Shown here piece after piece: positions 17,814 through 28,225 of a stretch of DNA of 64,000 bases. Source of the DNA: an uncultured Blastocatellaceae bacterium (GTDB taxonomy: Bacteria; Acidobacteriota; Blastocatellia; Pyrinomonadales; Pyrinomonadaceae); contig CAZALE010000002.1 in assembly GCA_964486055.1 (NCBI GenBank), positions 289,048 to 353,047 of the forward strand, read 5' to 3'. The position numbers and the translations under genes are program-made. Each line of letters begins with the position of its first letter. Position 1 is the stretch's first letter. Below the pieces are notes generated by a model. The model saw nothing but the letters and a program-made list of their open reading frames with translations, did no database searches and was not told the DNA's origin.

Positions 17814-20210
17814 GTGATTAGTTTAAAACTAATGCTGAAAACTTCAAAATTTCCTTGTTTATTCTATTTAAGCATTCTATGCTTTTATGGTCTCGCACAG
17901 GAAATACCATCTCCGCAGAGGGTTCTGGGTTTTCAACCGACTACAGAGAGAACCGTAGCAGATTGGCAACAGATAACTAATTATTTTAGCGAATTAGACA
18001 GAGCATCAGACCGCATATCGGTTAAACAAATAGGTAAAACAACTCTTGGAAGAGAGATGATTGCCGTTTTCATCTCTGACGCCAAGAACCTGCGCGAGAT
18101 GGAGAAATATCGGCAAATTAACGTCAAGTTAGCCAATCCATCTGCTCTTAATGAAAAAGAGGCTGAGCTGTTAATAAAGGAAGGAAGAGCCATAGTAGCT
18201 ATTTCATGCTCCATTCATTCGACAGAGATTGTAGCCTCTCAAATGTCAATGAACTTGGCTTATGAATTAGCAAAAACAAAAGATCAAGAGTTGTTAGAGA
18301 CGCTTCGAAACGTGATTTTAATTTTGATCCCATCAGCGAACCCAGATGGTATCGACATAGTAGCTAATTGGTATAGAAAAACTCTTAACACGAAGGCCGA
18401 GGGTACGAATCCTCCAGAGCTATATCACTTTTATGCAGGGCATGATAACAACCGTGATTGGTTCATGATGAATCTAGAGGAAACTAGAAATATTACAAAG
18501 CTTTTCTGGCAGGAATGGTTTCCTCACATAGTCTATGATGTTCACCAAATGGGACAGAACGGCGTCAGATTTGTCGTACCACCATTTTACGATCCTCCGA
18601 ACCCACGAATACCTCCTTCTATATTGAGAGAAGTTGGACTGCTCGGTTATAAGATTGCGGCTGATTTACAGGCAAGGGGTATTGCCGGGGTTGCTACAAA
18701 TGTTATATTCGACACATGGTGGCACGGTGGTTTCCGCTCAGCGCCGTACTATCACAACTCTATCGGCATTCTCAGCGAGGCAGCAAGTGCAGATTTAATG
18801 ACTCCTATCATCGTAAGCAAAGAGCAGTTGGAAAAAGCGGGAAGCGTCAGAGGATTAAATTCGGTATTAGAAATTGCAACAAATCACCCTCAGCCATGGC
18901 AAGGTGGTTCTTGGGGACCAAAGCAAATAGCTGAAATGGAAATGATCGCCTCAATGTCGGTATTAGAGATGGCATCTAAATTTCGAGAAAGATATCTTCG
19001 CCTTTTTTATCAAAATAACAAAGCTAATACAGTTCACAACGAAGATGAACCGCTAGCTTTTGTTCTCCCGGCTGGGCAACCAAACGCTGAAGTCCTATCC
19101 CGCTTTCTCGAGATCTTAATGTGGCAAGGAATTGAAATTTTCGAAATGACTGAGGAGGGTTACTTTGCAACTGACAAATCTAATAAACAAGATTTTCATG
19201 AAATGCCACTGGGTTCGTTCATAATCCTTACCAATCAACCCCAAAAAAATAACATACTTTCACTATTAGAAACACAAGTTTATCCGAACAGAATAGGTCC
19301 AAAAGGCGAAGCAGAACCCCCATACGATGTAACTGGATGGACCCTGCCACTACAGATGGGAATAGAATGCCAACCTGTGTGGAATATTCGGAATTTTGAG
19401 CAATTTAGAGGGACTCTCAAAAAGTTGCAGAATATAAATCAAGCTCGCAGCGTTTTGAATCTAACACCTGTAAGCCGGGAATTTTCAAAATTACCTAATC
19501 CTTTGAGAACTAATCCAAGAATCGGCATATACAAAGGTTTTGTGCCATCAATGGATGAAGGTTGGACGAGATTTGTCCTTGATACTTTTCAAATTCCATT
19601 CCGCTCGATCTCAAATGCTGATTTTCAGAACAATCGTCTCGATGTGGATGCAATAATCCTTCCATCTGAAGACAAAAACGTAATACTAAAAGGTTTCCGA
19701 AATAATAGATATCCAAAGGAATACATGGGAGGTATTGAAGAAACAGGATTAGAAAATCTAAAAAGCTTCGTGATGAGCGGAGGAAAACTCATTTGCTTCG
19801 ATGCTGCGTGCGATCTAGTAATTGAGAGTTTCAAACTTCCGATAAGAGACGTTTTACAAAACTTAAAGAGAAATGAATTTTATAGTCCAGGCTCCATCGT
19901 AAAATTAGAAATTGATAAAACTTCACCAATTACGAGAGGGATCAGTAGCCAGCTACCTGCCTATTTTAATAATAGCGCCGCATACGAAGTAGACGACTTG
20001 CAGAAAGTTAAGATCATAGCAAGATACGCTGAAAAGGATACGTTGTTATCAGGTTGGATGCTCGGAGAGAAATATCTGAACGGTAAAGCTGCTTTACTAG
20101 AGGTCAATCATGGTAAAGGCAAGATAATATTATTCGCATTTAGACCTCAACATCGCGGACAGACATTCGCTACATTTCCGCTGCTATTTAATTCTCTGGA
20201 GAAAGAGTGA
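17814..20210 (+). CDS. M14 family metallocarboxypeptidase-like protein with large C-terminal extension, secreted
   Basis: SIHSTEIV (HxxE zinc ligands), PSANPDG and HDNNRDW blocks, and a signal sequence. The track start is GTG 17814; ATG 17832 is more likely. Confidence 0.7.
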   Translation: MISLKLMLKTSKFPCLFYLSILCFYGLAQEIPSPQRVLGFQPTTERTVADWQQITNYFSELDRASDRISVKQIGKTTLGREMIAVFISDAKNLREMEKYRQINVKLANPSALNEKEAELLIKEGRAIVAISCSIHSTEIVASQMSMNLAYELAKTKDQELLETLRNVILILIPSANPDGIDIVANWYRKTLNTKAEGTNPPELYHFYAGHDNNRDWFMMNLEETRNITKLFWQEWFPHIVYDVHQMGQNGVRFVVPPFYDPPNPRIPPSILREVGLLGYKIAADLQARGIAGVATNVIFDTWWHGGFRSAPYYHNSIGILSEAASADLMTPIIVSKEQLEKAGSVRGLNSVLEIATNHPQPWQGGSWGPKQIAEMEMIASMSVLEMASKFRERYLRLFYQNNKANTVHNEDEPLAFVLPAGQPNAEVLSRFLEILMWQGIEIFEMTEEGYFATDKSNKQDFHEMPLGSFIILTNQPQKNNILSLLETQVYPNRIGPKGEAEPPYDVTGWTLPLQMGIECQPVWNIRNFEQFRGTLKKLQNINQARSVLNLTPVSREFSKLPNPLRTNPRIGIYKGFVPSMDEGWTRFVLDTFQIPFRSISNADFQNNRLDVDAIILPSEDKNVILKGFRNNRYPKEYMGGIEETGLENLKSFVMSGGKLICFDAACDLVIESFKLPIRDVLQNLKRNEFYSPGSIVKLEIDKTSPITRGISSQLPAYFNNSAAYEVDDLQKVKIIARYAEKDTLLSGWMLGEKYLNGKAALLEVNHGKGKIILFAFRPQHRGQTFATFPLLFNSLEKE

Positions 20211-21187
20211 TGAAAGCCGTCTTTATCGAGAAATTTGGTGATATAAAAGGCTTGGGAATAAGGGAAGTAGAAATGCCACGAAAACCGATGAGCAGAGAAG
20301 CCCTAATCAGAGTGCATGCAGCTGGTCTTAATCGTGCTGATATACTTCAGCGAAAGGGTCTCTATCCTCCTCCGAAAGGTACGCCAGAGAGAATCCCGGG
20401 TCTGGAATTTGCCGGTGAAATAGTTGAGATAGGAAAGTCAGTAAAACGCTTTAAGCCAGGAGATAGAGTATTCGGGATCGCTTCGGGTGCTGCACAAGCC
20501 GAGTTCATAACTGTTCATGAGGGGCTATTGATGAAAATTCCAAGCATTCTAAATTTCGTCGAGGCTGCCGCCATAGCTGAGGTTTTCATTACCGCACATG
20601 ATGCTTTGTTTACGCTTGCCAGGATAAAAAAAGGCGAAAACATATTAATTCATGCGGTTGGGTCTGGTGTAGGAACTGCCGCTCTTCAATTAGCTAAATT
20701 AGTAGGAGCAAATACTTTTGGCACGTCCCGCTCAACCGAAAAACTAAAAAAATCTTTCGACATCGGCTTACAACATCCCATTTTAGCTGATCAAGAAACA
20801 GATTTTACAGAATACTTAAAGGCTTATGGTGGGGCCGATGTAGTCTTAGACCTGGTAGGGGCAGCATATTTTAATCAAAATTTAGAGGCACTTCGGCCTA
20901 AAGGACGACTCATTCTTGTTGGCTTAACGAGTGGATCCAAGGCAGAATTCAATTTAGGTATTGCCCTGTCAAAACGTCTAAGAATTATTGGAACTGTCTT
21001 GCGATCGAGGAGTGTTGCCGAGAAATCAGCAGCTGTTAAAAAATTCTGCTCATTTTTACGATTTTTCGAAACCGGCGAGCTGAAGCCCATAATCGACAGA
21101 GTATTTAAAATGCACGAAATTCGCCAAGCTCATGAGTACCTTGAGGCAAACAGGAACTTTGGAAAAGTAGTTTTAGAAATCTCCTAA
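20210..21187 (+). CDS. NAD(P)H:quinone oxidoreductase, medium-chain dehydrogenase (PIG3/Qor-like)
   Basis: RVHAAGLNRADILQRKGLYPPP and AVGSGVGTAALQLAK motifs. ATG 20210 shares one base with the upstream TGA. Confidence 0.8.
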   Translation: MKAVFIEKFGDIKGLGIREVEMPRKPMSREALIRVHAAGLNRADILQRKGLYPPPKGTPERIPGLEFAGEIVEIGKSVKRFKPGDRVFGIASGAAQAEFITVHEGLLMKIPSILNFVEAAAIAEVFITAHDALFTLARIKKGENILIHAVGSGVGTAALQLAKLVGANTFGTSRSTEKLKKSFDIGLQHPILADQETDFTEYLKAYGGADVVLDLVGAAYFNQNLEALRPKGRLILVGLTSGSKAEFNLGIALSKRLRIIGTVLRSRSVAEKSAAVKKFCSFLRFFETGELKPIIDRVFKMHEIRQAHEYLEANRNFGKVVLEIS

Positions 21188-21310
21188 GAAAATCGCGCAA
21201 GCCCTCAATTACCAGCAGCGGTACTCTAACTATCAAAGTCTACTTAACCCTATTCACTTCAAATTCCTCCATCTGCAAGCTTCCTCATGCTCGTTGCCAT
21301 TTTGAAGATT

Positions 21311-21538
21311 TTATTGGGTTTCCTTCGACTCTGCTGATTCCTTCATTCTACAGGCTGCTTCGTCAGTAACAATACAAACGCCGTTTTGCCTCTCCTGCTC
21401 AAGCTTTCTAGACAAGTTCATAGCCTCTTGATAAGTTAAATGCTGTGCGATTACGGAATCAAAGGTTATAACGGACCAACGTGGATCCTCAAGTTCCATT
21501 TCCTGCTGTGCTTGATTTCTCTGTTTTACATCCGTCAT
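21311..21538 (-). CDS. hypothetical small acidic protein
   Basis: Isolated 75-aa ORF in an otherwise non-coding gap. No motif and no obvious SD. Confidence 0.35.
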   Translation of the reverse strand: MTDVKQRNQAQQEMELEDPRWSVITFDSVIAQHLTYQEAMNLSRKLEQERQNGVCIVTDEAACRMKESAESKETQ

Positions 21539-21600
21539 TGCTTGAACAAAAATACCTAGAGCTAATTGAATAAGAGAGATTCTAGCTTATAATTGCCAGT

Positions 21601-22665
21601 ATGGCAAGAAAAATATTCCTAACTGGCTTTCCAGGATTCATAGCGGAGAGATTAGTAAGAGAGCTAGCTCAAGCTGACGTAACTTTTTTTCTGCTGGTGC
21701 AACCTCAATTTATCGAAAAGGCCTCGAATGCGATCACGAAAATATCCAAGCTAACGCAAGTAGATTCAACGAACTTTGAAGTTATACAGGGTGATATCAC
21801 ACTCAAAGATCTAGGTATTTCACCAACACAACTAGATCGCCTGATTTCTGAGGTTACGGAGGTTTTCCATCTAGCAGCCATCTACGATCTAGCTGTTCCT
21901 CGCAAACTAGGTTACAAAGTGAATGTTGAAGGCACTAAAAACGTGAACGAGTTCGTATGCAAACTGCGCAATTTGACTAGATATAACTATGTTTCCACTT
22001 GTTATGTGGCAGGAAAGCGGGAAGGGGTAATTCTCGAAACTGAATTACACCATGAGGCAGGATTTAGAAATTTTTACGAGGAGACCAAATATCTCGCAGA
22101 AGTCGAGGTTGATAAGCTAAAGCCTACAGTGCCATTGACCATATTTCGTCCATCTGTGGTCGTGGGCGATTCAAAAACAGGTGAAACAGCCAAGTATGAT
22201 GGTATCTATTATGTAATTCATTACTATAGAAAATTTCCCTCTCTGCTCAGATTCTTCAACGTAGGTAATCTAGACGTAAGGTTAAACATAGTTCCCGTTG
22301 ATTTTGTCGTCAAATCAATGGCAAAACTCTCAAAAGATGAATCTGCGATTGGAAAAACCTTGGCACTTGCTGATCCGTCACCATTAACAACTGAAGAAAT
22401 ATGCGAGGCCATAATCCAAGCAATATGTGATAAGGGCTCAATCTACACGCCTCCAGCTCCACTTATAAAATGGGTTCTGAATCTACCTTTTTCTCCTGCT
22501 CTAACGGGTCTACCTCATGTAGGTGTTCCTTACTTTTTCATTCAGCAAAGTTATGATACCTCCATAGCCAGTTCACTACTTACAAAACATGACATATCGT
22601 GCCCAAACTTTAAAACCTATGTTAAGAATCTCGTAGACTTCGTAGAAAAACATCCGAAGCTTTGA
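21601..22665 (+). CDS. SDR-type NAD-binding protein, thioester/fatty-acyl reductase-like (NAD_binding_4 type)
   Basis: FLTGFPGFIAERL glycine-rich start and a YEETKYLAE (YxxxK) catalytic pair. Confidence 0.7.
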   Translation: MARKIFLTGFPGFIAERLVRELAQADVTFFLLVQPQFIEKASNAITKISKLTQVDSTNFEVIQGDITLKDLGISPTQLDRLISEVTEVFHLAAIYDLAVPRKLGYKVNVEGTKNVNEFVCKLRNLTRYNYVSTCYVAGKREGVILETELHHEAGFRNFYEETKYLAEVEVDKLKPTVPLTIFRPSVVVGDSKTGETAKYDGIYYVIHYYRKFPSLLRFFNVGNLDVRLNIVPVDFVVKSMAKLSKDESAIGKTLALADPSPLTTEEICEAIIQAICDKGSIYTPPAPLIKWVLNLPFSPALTGLPHVGVPYFFIQQSYDTSIASSLLTKHDISCPNFKTYVKNLVDFVEKHPKL

Positions 22666-22728
22666 TTTTAATTTCATTTTTGCTTATATTTGCTTAGTCT
22701 AATATTCCATTATTTAGCGGCGACTTTT

Positions 22729-24414
22729 ATGTTGACTCTTTTATCGATAAGTTTTCTGCTGTGGCTATTTTTAGGTTATTTTGCCTATGGCAAATGGATA
22801 TCAAGGCAACTAAAACCCGATGATTCCCGAATCACTCCAGCACAAGAGATAAATGATGGAGAGGATTATGTTCCGACGAAGCCATTCTATTTGTTCGGTC
22901 AGCATTTCTCCGCAATAGCCGCTGCAGGGCCAATAGCAGGTCCAATTCTAGCCTGTCAGTATTTTGGATGGTTACCTTGTCTGCTCTGGATAGGACTTGG
23001 TGTCGTACTAATAGGCGCAGTTCATGATTTTACTGCTCTATTCTCCTCAGTAAGACACGGCGCCTGCTCAATAGCCGAGATAACGCGTGAGAAGATGGGC
23101 AAAAGAGCAGGACGCGCCATGATGGCTTTCATATGGATCGCCTTAGTATACGTAATAATTGCATTTACAGATATCACAGCAGGCACTTTCGTGGCCGGGG
23201 ATGAAGCCCTTCAAGGTGAGATCTCATTTAATCCTGGAGGAGCAGTCGCATTTGCAAGCATAACTTACCTGGCTCTAGCAGTGCTTTTAGGATTCATTCA
23301 ACGTTTTCTTAACCCTCCGCTGTGGCTTTCAACAGTGATTTTTGTCCCTTGTGTTTTCTTGCTCTCATATCTTGGCACGAAGTTCTCCACGATCTTTCTA
23401 TTAGACCATACAAGTTGGGCCGTCCTAATCCTGATTTATTGTGTTATTGCCTCTGTGGTTCCAGTTTGGGCTTTACTACAACCGAGAGGATATCTGGGAG
23501 GCTTTGTTCTTTATACGGCTCTAGCAATTGGTGTAATTGGGGTTTTCTTTGGAGGCTACGAGATTCAACAGCCATACTTCAAGACTTGGGACGCAGGAGG
23601 ATTGACAGGTTCGCTCTTTCCGTTCCTTTTTGTAACCATTGCATGTGGTGCTTGCTCTGGTTTTCATGGCTTAGTATGCTCCGGCACCACCTCAAAACAA
23701 ATCGAAAAGGAATCCCATACTCACCCAGTCGGCTACGGAGCTATGCTGGCTGAAGGGTTTGTTGCTTTCATCGCGCTTGTGACCGTCATGATAGTCTCAT
23801 CTGAAGCCGTCAAAGGTATTTCTCCTGGCAAGATTTACGGCAATGGAATAGGGGAGTTCTTAACCATTATAGTTGGAAAAGAAAATCTACCATTTGCAAT
23901 AACTTTCGGTGCAATGGCTTTTTCAACTTTTGTTTTCGATACCTTAGATGTCTCGCTAAGACTCGGACGTTATATAGTGCAAGAGTTAACCGGACTAAAA
24001 GGGCGTTTCGGAGCTTTAATTGGAACATTAGTTACTATCGCCATACCATTCATCAGCGTACTATTAGCTCCGAAAGGCAGTTGGAATGAATTTTGGACTC
24101 TTTTTGGTGCATCAAATCAGCTATTAGCAGCACTTACGTTACTTTCAATAACCGTTTGGTTATATCAATCAAAAAGGAGATACTTTTTCACCCTCATACC
24201 AATGTTGTTCGTGTTAGTGATTACTCTTTGGGCGCTCGGTGCTTTAGTGATAGGAAATCTTAAGCTTTCCCATGGTCTGGACGTAAAAATGATCAACGGT
24301 ATTGCATCTCTGATCTTAATAGGATTGGCAATCTTTCTGGTTTTAACGGCGCTGCTGAAGATAAAAAGAGAAAAGCATGAGACTGTAGACGATGCCGCAC
24401 CCGCAGAATCTTGA
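22729..24414 (+). CDS. cstA: carbon starvation protein A (peptide/pyruvate transporter family)
   Basis: FGQHFSAIAAAGPIAGPI signature and a polytopic membrane protein. Start moved to ATG 22729 (the track uses TTG 22690). Confidence 0.85.
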   Translation: MLTLLSISFLLWLFLGYFAYGKWISRQLKPDDSRITPAQEINDGEDYVPTKPFYLFGQHFSAIAAAGPIAGPILACQYFGWLPCLLWIGLGVVLIGAVHDFTALFSSVRHGACSIAEITREKMGKRAGRAMMAFIWIALVYVIIAFTDITAGTFVAGDEALQGEISFNPGGAVAFASITYLALAVLLGFIQRFLNPPLWLSTVIFVPCVFLLSYLGTKFSTIFLLDHTSWAVLILIYCVIASVVPVWALLQPRGYLGGFVLYTALAIGVIGVFFGGYEIQQPYFKTWDAGGLTGSLFPFLFVTIACGACSGFHGLVCSGTTSKQIEKESHTHPVGYGAMLAEGFVAFIALVTVMIVSSEAVKGISPGKIYGNGIGEFLTIIVGKENLPFAITFGAMAFSTFVFDTLDVSLRLGRYIVQELTGLKGRFGALIGTLVTIAIPFISVLLAPKGSWNEFWTLFGASNQLLAALTLLSITVWLYQSKRRYFFTLIPMLFVLVITLWALGALVIGNLKLSHGLDVKMINGIASLILIGLAIFLVLTALLKIKREKHETVDDAAPAES

Positions 24415-24540
24415 CTGATTCCTATCAGGATTTTTAAGTACATGGAGCAAGCATTCGTAACTTATTAGTAATTTCCGAGAAAATCTTAGCTACATCTACG
24501 GGATTGAGATTTAAATTATACAGAAATAGAATCTAAATTA

Positions 24541-26367
24541 ATGTCAGAGGATATCAAGAGACCTCACGAGGAAGAGGAAATAGCTAGGCACTACGACTTA
24601 AAGAACGCTCAAAGACTTCTGAAATATCTAAGACCTTATAAAAAAGAAGCTCTGCTGGCGTTATTAATGACACTTAGCCTTAATGTTTTAGCCAGTCTTC
24701 AACCTATATTCACAAAAATAGCGGTTGACGATTTCATAACGCCTCGCAAAATTGATGGTGTCTGGCTTTTTGCCCTTGCCTTTTTTTCTCTATTCCTCTT
24801 TCGCTTTCTACTTCAGTATCTACAGGAAATATTGCTTAATTCAATTGGTCAAAAAGTCATGCTTGACCTACGAAGCGAGATATTCGAAAAACTGCAAGTA
24901 CAAGAAATCTCGTTTTATGACAAAAATCCTGTCGGTAGGATAATCACGAGACTTACATCCGATGTCGACTCTCTGAATGAATTATTTACCTCAGGTGTAA
25001 TAGACGTCTTAGGTGACCTGGTAGTAATTTTCGCCATAATCGGTTGGCTTTTTTGGCTGGATTGGCAATTGGCAATAGTATCTTTGGTAATTGTGCCTCT
25101 ACTATTTGTTGCAACCAATTGGTTTCGAAAAAACGCAAGGCGAGGCTTCGATAAGGTCCGAACTCGAATGGCCCGATTGAATGCATTCCTACAAGAGCAC
25201 ATATCTGGAGCACAAGTGGTACAGTTATTTAACGCTGAAGATAAAGCCCAAAAGAAATTTCATCAAGTAAATGATGACTATCGCAATGCAAATATTGAAA
25301 CCATATATTACTACGCAGTATTTTATCCACTTGTGGACTTCATAGGATCTTTCGGGATCGCCTGCTTGATATTCTTCTACGGGTTTAATACTCTCACTCA
25401 ACTATCGACTAGCGGAAAAACACTTACAATTGGCACATTAGCCGCTTTTATTCAATATTCCGGCCTGCTATTCCAGCCGATCAGAGATCTCTCAGATAAA
25501 TTCAATATCTTCCAGGCAGCCGTGGTAGCATCTCACCGAATTTTCCTACTCCTTGATTTACCAGTAAAAATAACATCTCCTGCCAAGCCAAAGAAAACGG
25601 GCAAATCAGATGGAAAAATCGAGTTTCAAAACGTTTGGTTCGCCTACAATGACGAGGAGTGGGTTCTGAAAGACGTGTCCTTTTCAATAGAGCCAGGGGA
25701 ATCAATTGCATTGGTAGGGGCCACTGGTTCAGGTAAAACTACAGTAACGAATCTTCTAATGAGATTCTATGACGTCAAAAAGGGAAGGATTTTAATTGAC
25801 GATGTTGACATAAGGGATTGGGATCTCAAATCCCTAAGAAAAAATTTTGCCGTAGTTCTACAAGACGTTTTTCTTTTCTCTGGGACTATTAAAGATAACA
25901 TCAGACTTGGTAACCATGAAATAAGTGATGAACGCGTATTAACTGCAGCAAGAGAAGTAAGGGCTGACGAATTCATAAAAAAATTATCAAAGGGATACGA
26001 TACTGAACTAAGAGAGCGTGGGGCCGGCCTCTCAGTCGGTCAAAAGCAATTGATTTCCTTCGCCCGTGCTCTCGCTTTTGATCCAAGGATTTTAATACTT
26101 GACGAGGCGACTAGTTCGATCGATACGGAGACAGAACAGTTAATTCAAGAAGCGACTAAAAAATTATTAACAGGTAGAACATCTCTGATAATCGCGCACA
26201 GACTTTCAACAATTCAGCATTGCGATCGTATCCTAGTCTTTCATCACGGAGAATTAAAAGAAATTGGAAATCATGACGAACTAATAGCCAAAAAAGGTAT
26301 TTATTGGAAACTTTACCAATTGCAATATTCTAATCGCCCTGCCCTGATAGCAGATATAAATCGTTAG
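24541..26367 (+). CDS. ABC exporter half-transporter (TMD-NBD), consensus Walker B-Glu but non-canonical signature
   Basis: Six-helix TMD. Walker A GATGSGKT, signature LSVGQKQ (not LSGGQ), Walker [10 protein letters not shown] (catalytic E present), H-loop IIAHRLS. Confidence 0.9.
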   Translation: MSEDIKRPHEEEEIARHYDLKNAQRLLKYLRPYKKEALLALLMTLSLNVLASLQPIFTKIAVDDFITPRKIDGVWLFALAFFSLFLFRFLLQYLQEILLNSIGQKVMLDLRSEIFEKLQVQEISFYDKNPVGRIITRLTSDVDSLNELFTSGVIDVLGDLVVIFAIIGWLFWLDWQLAIVSLVIVPLLFVATNWFRKNARRGFDKVRTRMARLNAFLQEHISGAQVVQLFNAEDKAQKKFHQVNDDYRNANIETIYYYAVFYPLVDFIGSFGIACLIFFYGFNTLTQLSTSGKTLTIGTLAAFIQYSGLLFQPIRDLSDKFNIFQAAVVASHRIFLLLDLPVKITSPAKPKKTGKSDGKIEFQNVWFAYNDEEWVLKDVSFSIEPGESIALVGATGSGKTTVTNLLMRFYDVKKGRILIDDVDIRDWDLKSLRKNFAVVLQDVFLFSGTIKDNIRLGNHEISDERVLTAAREVRADEFIKKLSKGYDTELRERGAGLSVGQKQLISFARALAFDPRILILDEATSSIDTETEQLIQEATKKLLTGRTSLIIAHRLSTIQHCDRILVFHHGELKEIGNHDELIAKKGIYWKLYQLQYSNRPALIADINR

Positions 26368-26420
26368 TTGCTTATGTTTAAGATTTTTGATTATAATTTC
26401 TCAGAACTAGACAAGCTTCA

Positions 26421-27410
26421 ATGTTCATTGGCGATGCAATAACAGATTTAATCAATAAGTGCGAGACTCAGATCCGTGAGATATTTTCGTCTTGCCATCA
26501 AAAAAAACCTAATTACAGTGTCGATTATCAACAATTTAGGGAAAGGATAGAAAAAACCGTCAGAAAATACTTGCTCACAGAGGAGCAAGTTCCAACGTTA
26601 GAGGAAGTCAAGGATCTCATAAATCAGATACATGCCGACGACCTGTATTTAGCTCTTGCCTGTATAAATGGAGACGAAAGTGCATGGTGGGATTTTGTCA
26701 CAGAATACCAGCCCTACTTAGAGAAATTGGCAAGAAGTCTCACCAATACTCACATAGATGCTGAAGAGATAGTAGCTAATCTTTACACGGAGCTTTATGG
26801 TACATCAATTTATGAGGGCCGCAGGAACTCTAAATTTCTTACCTATAGTGGACGAGGCACTCTTCGTGGCTGGCTAAGAACTATAGTATGGCATTCAACC
26901 GTCGATCTTCATCGAGCAGGTGAGGGAATTGTCTCTTTAGAGGAAATAGTGCAGCAAGTTGGCGAAGGAGTTGCGCATACTATAATGAATAAAACTAAAG
27001 AAGATACAGAACAAGAGATGGCAGAAGCACTAAACCGTAAGCGCTATTTAAAAATAGCGCTACAAACAATAGAGAAAGTTTTTGCAAGCCTCGAAGATTA
27101 CGAGAAACTAATCTTGTATTACTACCATGTGGAAAATTTAAAATTACGCGAGATTGCAAAAATCGTTGAGTTACCATCCTCTCCCTTAAGAAATTTTTTT
27201 AAACGATCTTCCGAAAAATCTGCCAGAGTTCACGAATCAACCATAATGCGCTGGCTTGATAAAACGTATGGCAAAATACTTAAGCTATTCCGCGCTGAGT
27301 TAGCTAAGGCTCAAGAATTAAAACTAAAAGAGATAGAAATTTGCTTAGAGCTAATAGCTCAAGAATTACCTGAATTCTCATTGGAAGATAAGCTTTCTAA
27401 ATATACGTAG
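26421..27410 (+). CDS. sigma-70 family (ECF-like) RNA polymerase sigma factor with extended N-terminus and insertions
   Basis: Region-2-like DLYLALACINGDESAWWDFVTEYQPYLEKLA...AEEIVANLYTEL. Region-4-like YEKLILYYYHVENLKLREIAKIVE...STIMRWLDK. At 329 aa it is longer than typical ECF sigmas. Confidence 0.6.
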   Translation: MFIGDAITDLINKCETQIREIFSSCHQKKPNYSVDYQQFRERIEKTVRKYLLTEEQVPTLEEVKDLINQIHADDLYLALACINGDESAWWDFVTEYQPYLEKLARSLTNTHIDAEEIVANLYTELYGTSIYEGRRNSKFLTYSGRGTLRGWLRTIVWHSTVDLHRAGEGIVSLEEIVQQVGEGVAHTIMNKTKEDTEQEMAEALNRKRYLKIALQTIEKVFASLEDYEKLILYYYHVENLKLREIAKIVELPSSPLRNFFKRSSEKSARVHESTIMRWLDKTYGKILKLFRAELAKAQELKLKEIEICLELIAQELPEFSLEDKLSKYT

Positions 27411-27498
27411 ATAATCTACATGATTAAATTCATAAGTCTTTGAGAAAATAGCAAAATTTTTACTCAGAGTATGTCGTTTGTTTTGGAGAAAAGAGAAG

Positions 27499-27924
27499 AT
27501 GAATGAAGAAACGATTAAAAAACTTTTGGAGGTTTATCTCGTAAGCTCCTCAGCGATTCCTGAAAATGAAGATCACCTGGATGACGATGTATTAAGCGCT
27601 TTCATCGAAGGGACTTTAAGCAAACGCGAATTAAAACCTATAATATCGCATCTTGTAAAATGCTCATTCTGCCGGCATTTAGCTGCAGAGATTATCAAGT
27701 TCGATTCACTCATTTCTGAAGAATCGATATCACAATCAGCAAAACCCACAAAATTTTCAGAAACCATAAAAAAACTTCTCTCCGAACTCTTTCAAACTGC
27801 CCCAACTCCAATAGAAGCATTTGAGGAAAAAAAAATAAATGACCCGCAGCCTTTTACCATATTATTTGAGAAAAACATCGATAACGATGACGAAGTTATT
27901 GATAACGATAAAGAAGATAGATGA
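27499..27924 (+). CDS. putative anti-sigma factor (zf-HC2 type), no TM segment
   Basis: H-x3-C-x2-C motif (HLVKCSFCRH) about 60 aa from the N-terminus. Lies immediately downstream of the sigma gene. GGAGAA SD before ATG 27499. Acidic C-terminal tail. Confidence 0.55.
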   Translation: MNEETIKKLLEVYLVSSSAIPENEDHLDDDVLSAFIEGTLSKRELKPIISHLVKCSFCRHLAAEIIKFDSLISEESISQSAKPTKFSETIKKLLSELFQTAPTPIEAFEEKKINDPQPFTILFEKNIDNDDEVIDNDKEDR

Positions 27925-28225
27925 AACCTTCACTTTCCTTTAAAGAAACTCCTATACAGAGTCTCAAAAAACTATTAACAACGAAGTAAAAATTTAATTA
28001 GGCTCACTTTAGAATCAACTAACCTAAGACCTTCGTCGACGGTTAGATCCTCGGTCAAGAAGTTTTCATCTTACCTTTCAATGGTAGAAAAGTAGAAAAA
28101 TTAAAGTAATTAAAAATACAGGGCTTTAAGGAAATAATGCCGATCAACCAGAAAAGCATCAACGTGTAGAATCAATCAGCGAATTTTTTCTCTTGAGGTT
28201 ATCTGCTATAATTTCTAAATTTCGT

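Noticed and set aside
23322-23753. 143-aa alternative-frame ORF inside cstA
   Set aside because: Same strand but out of frame with a well-supported polytopic CstA. The Cys/Trp/Arg-rich translation is typical of an off-frame read.
24414-24437. Weak hairpin CTGAT-tcct-ATCAG + GATTTTT after cstA as a terminator
   Set aside because: The stem is only 5 bp and AT-rich. Too weak to call.
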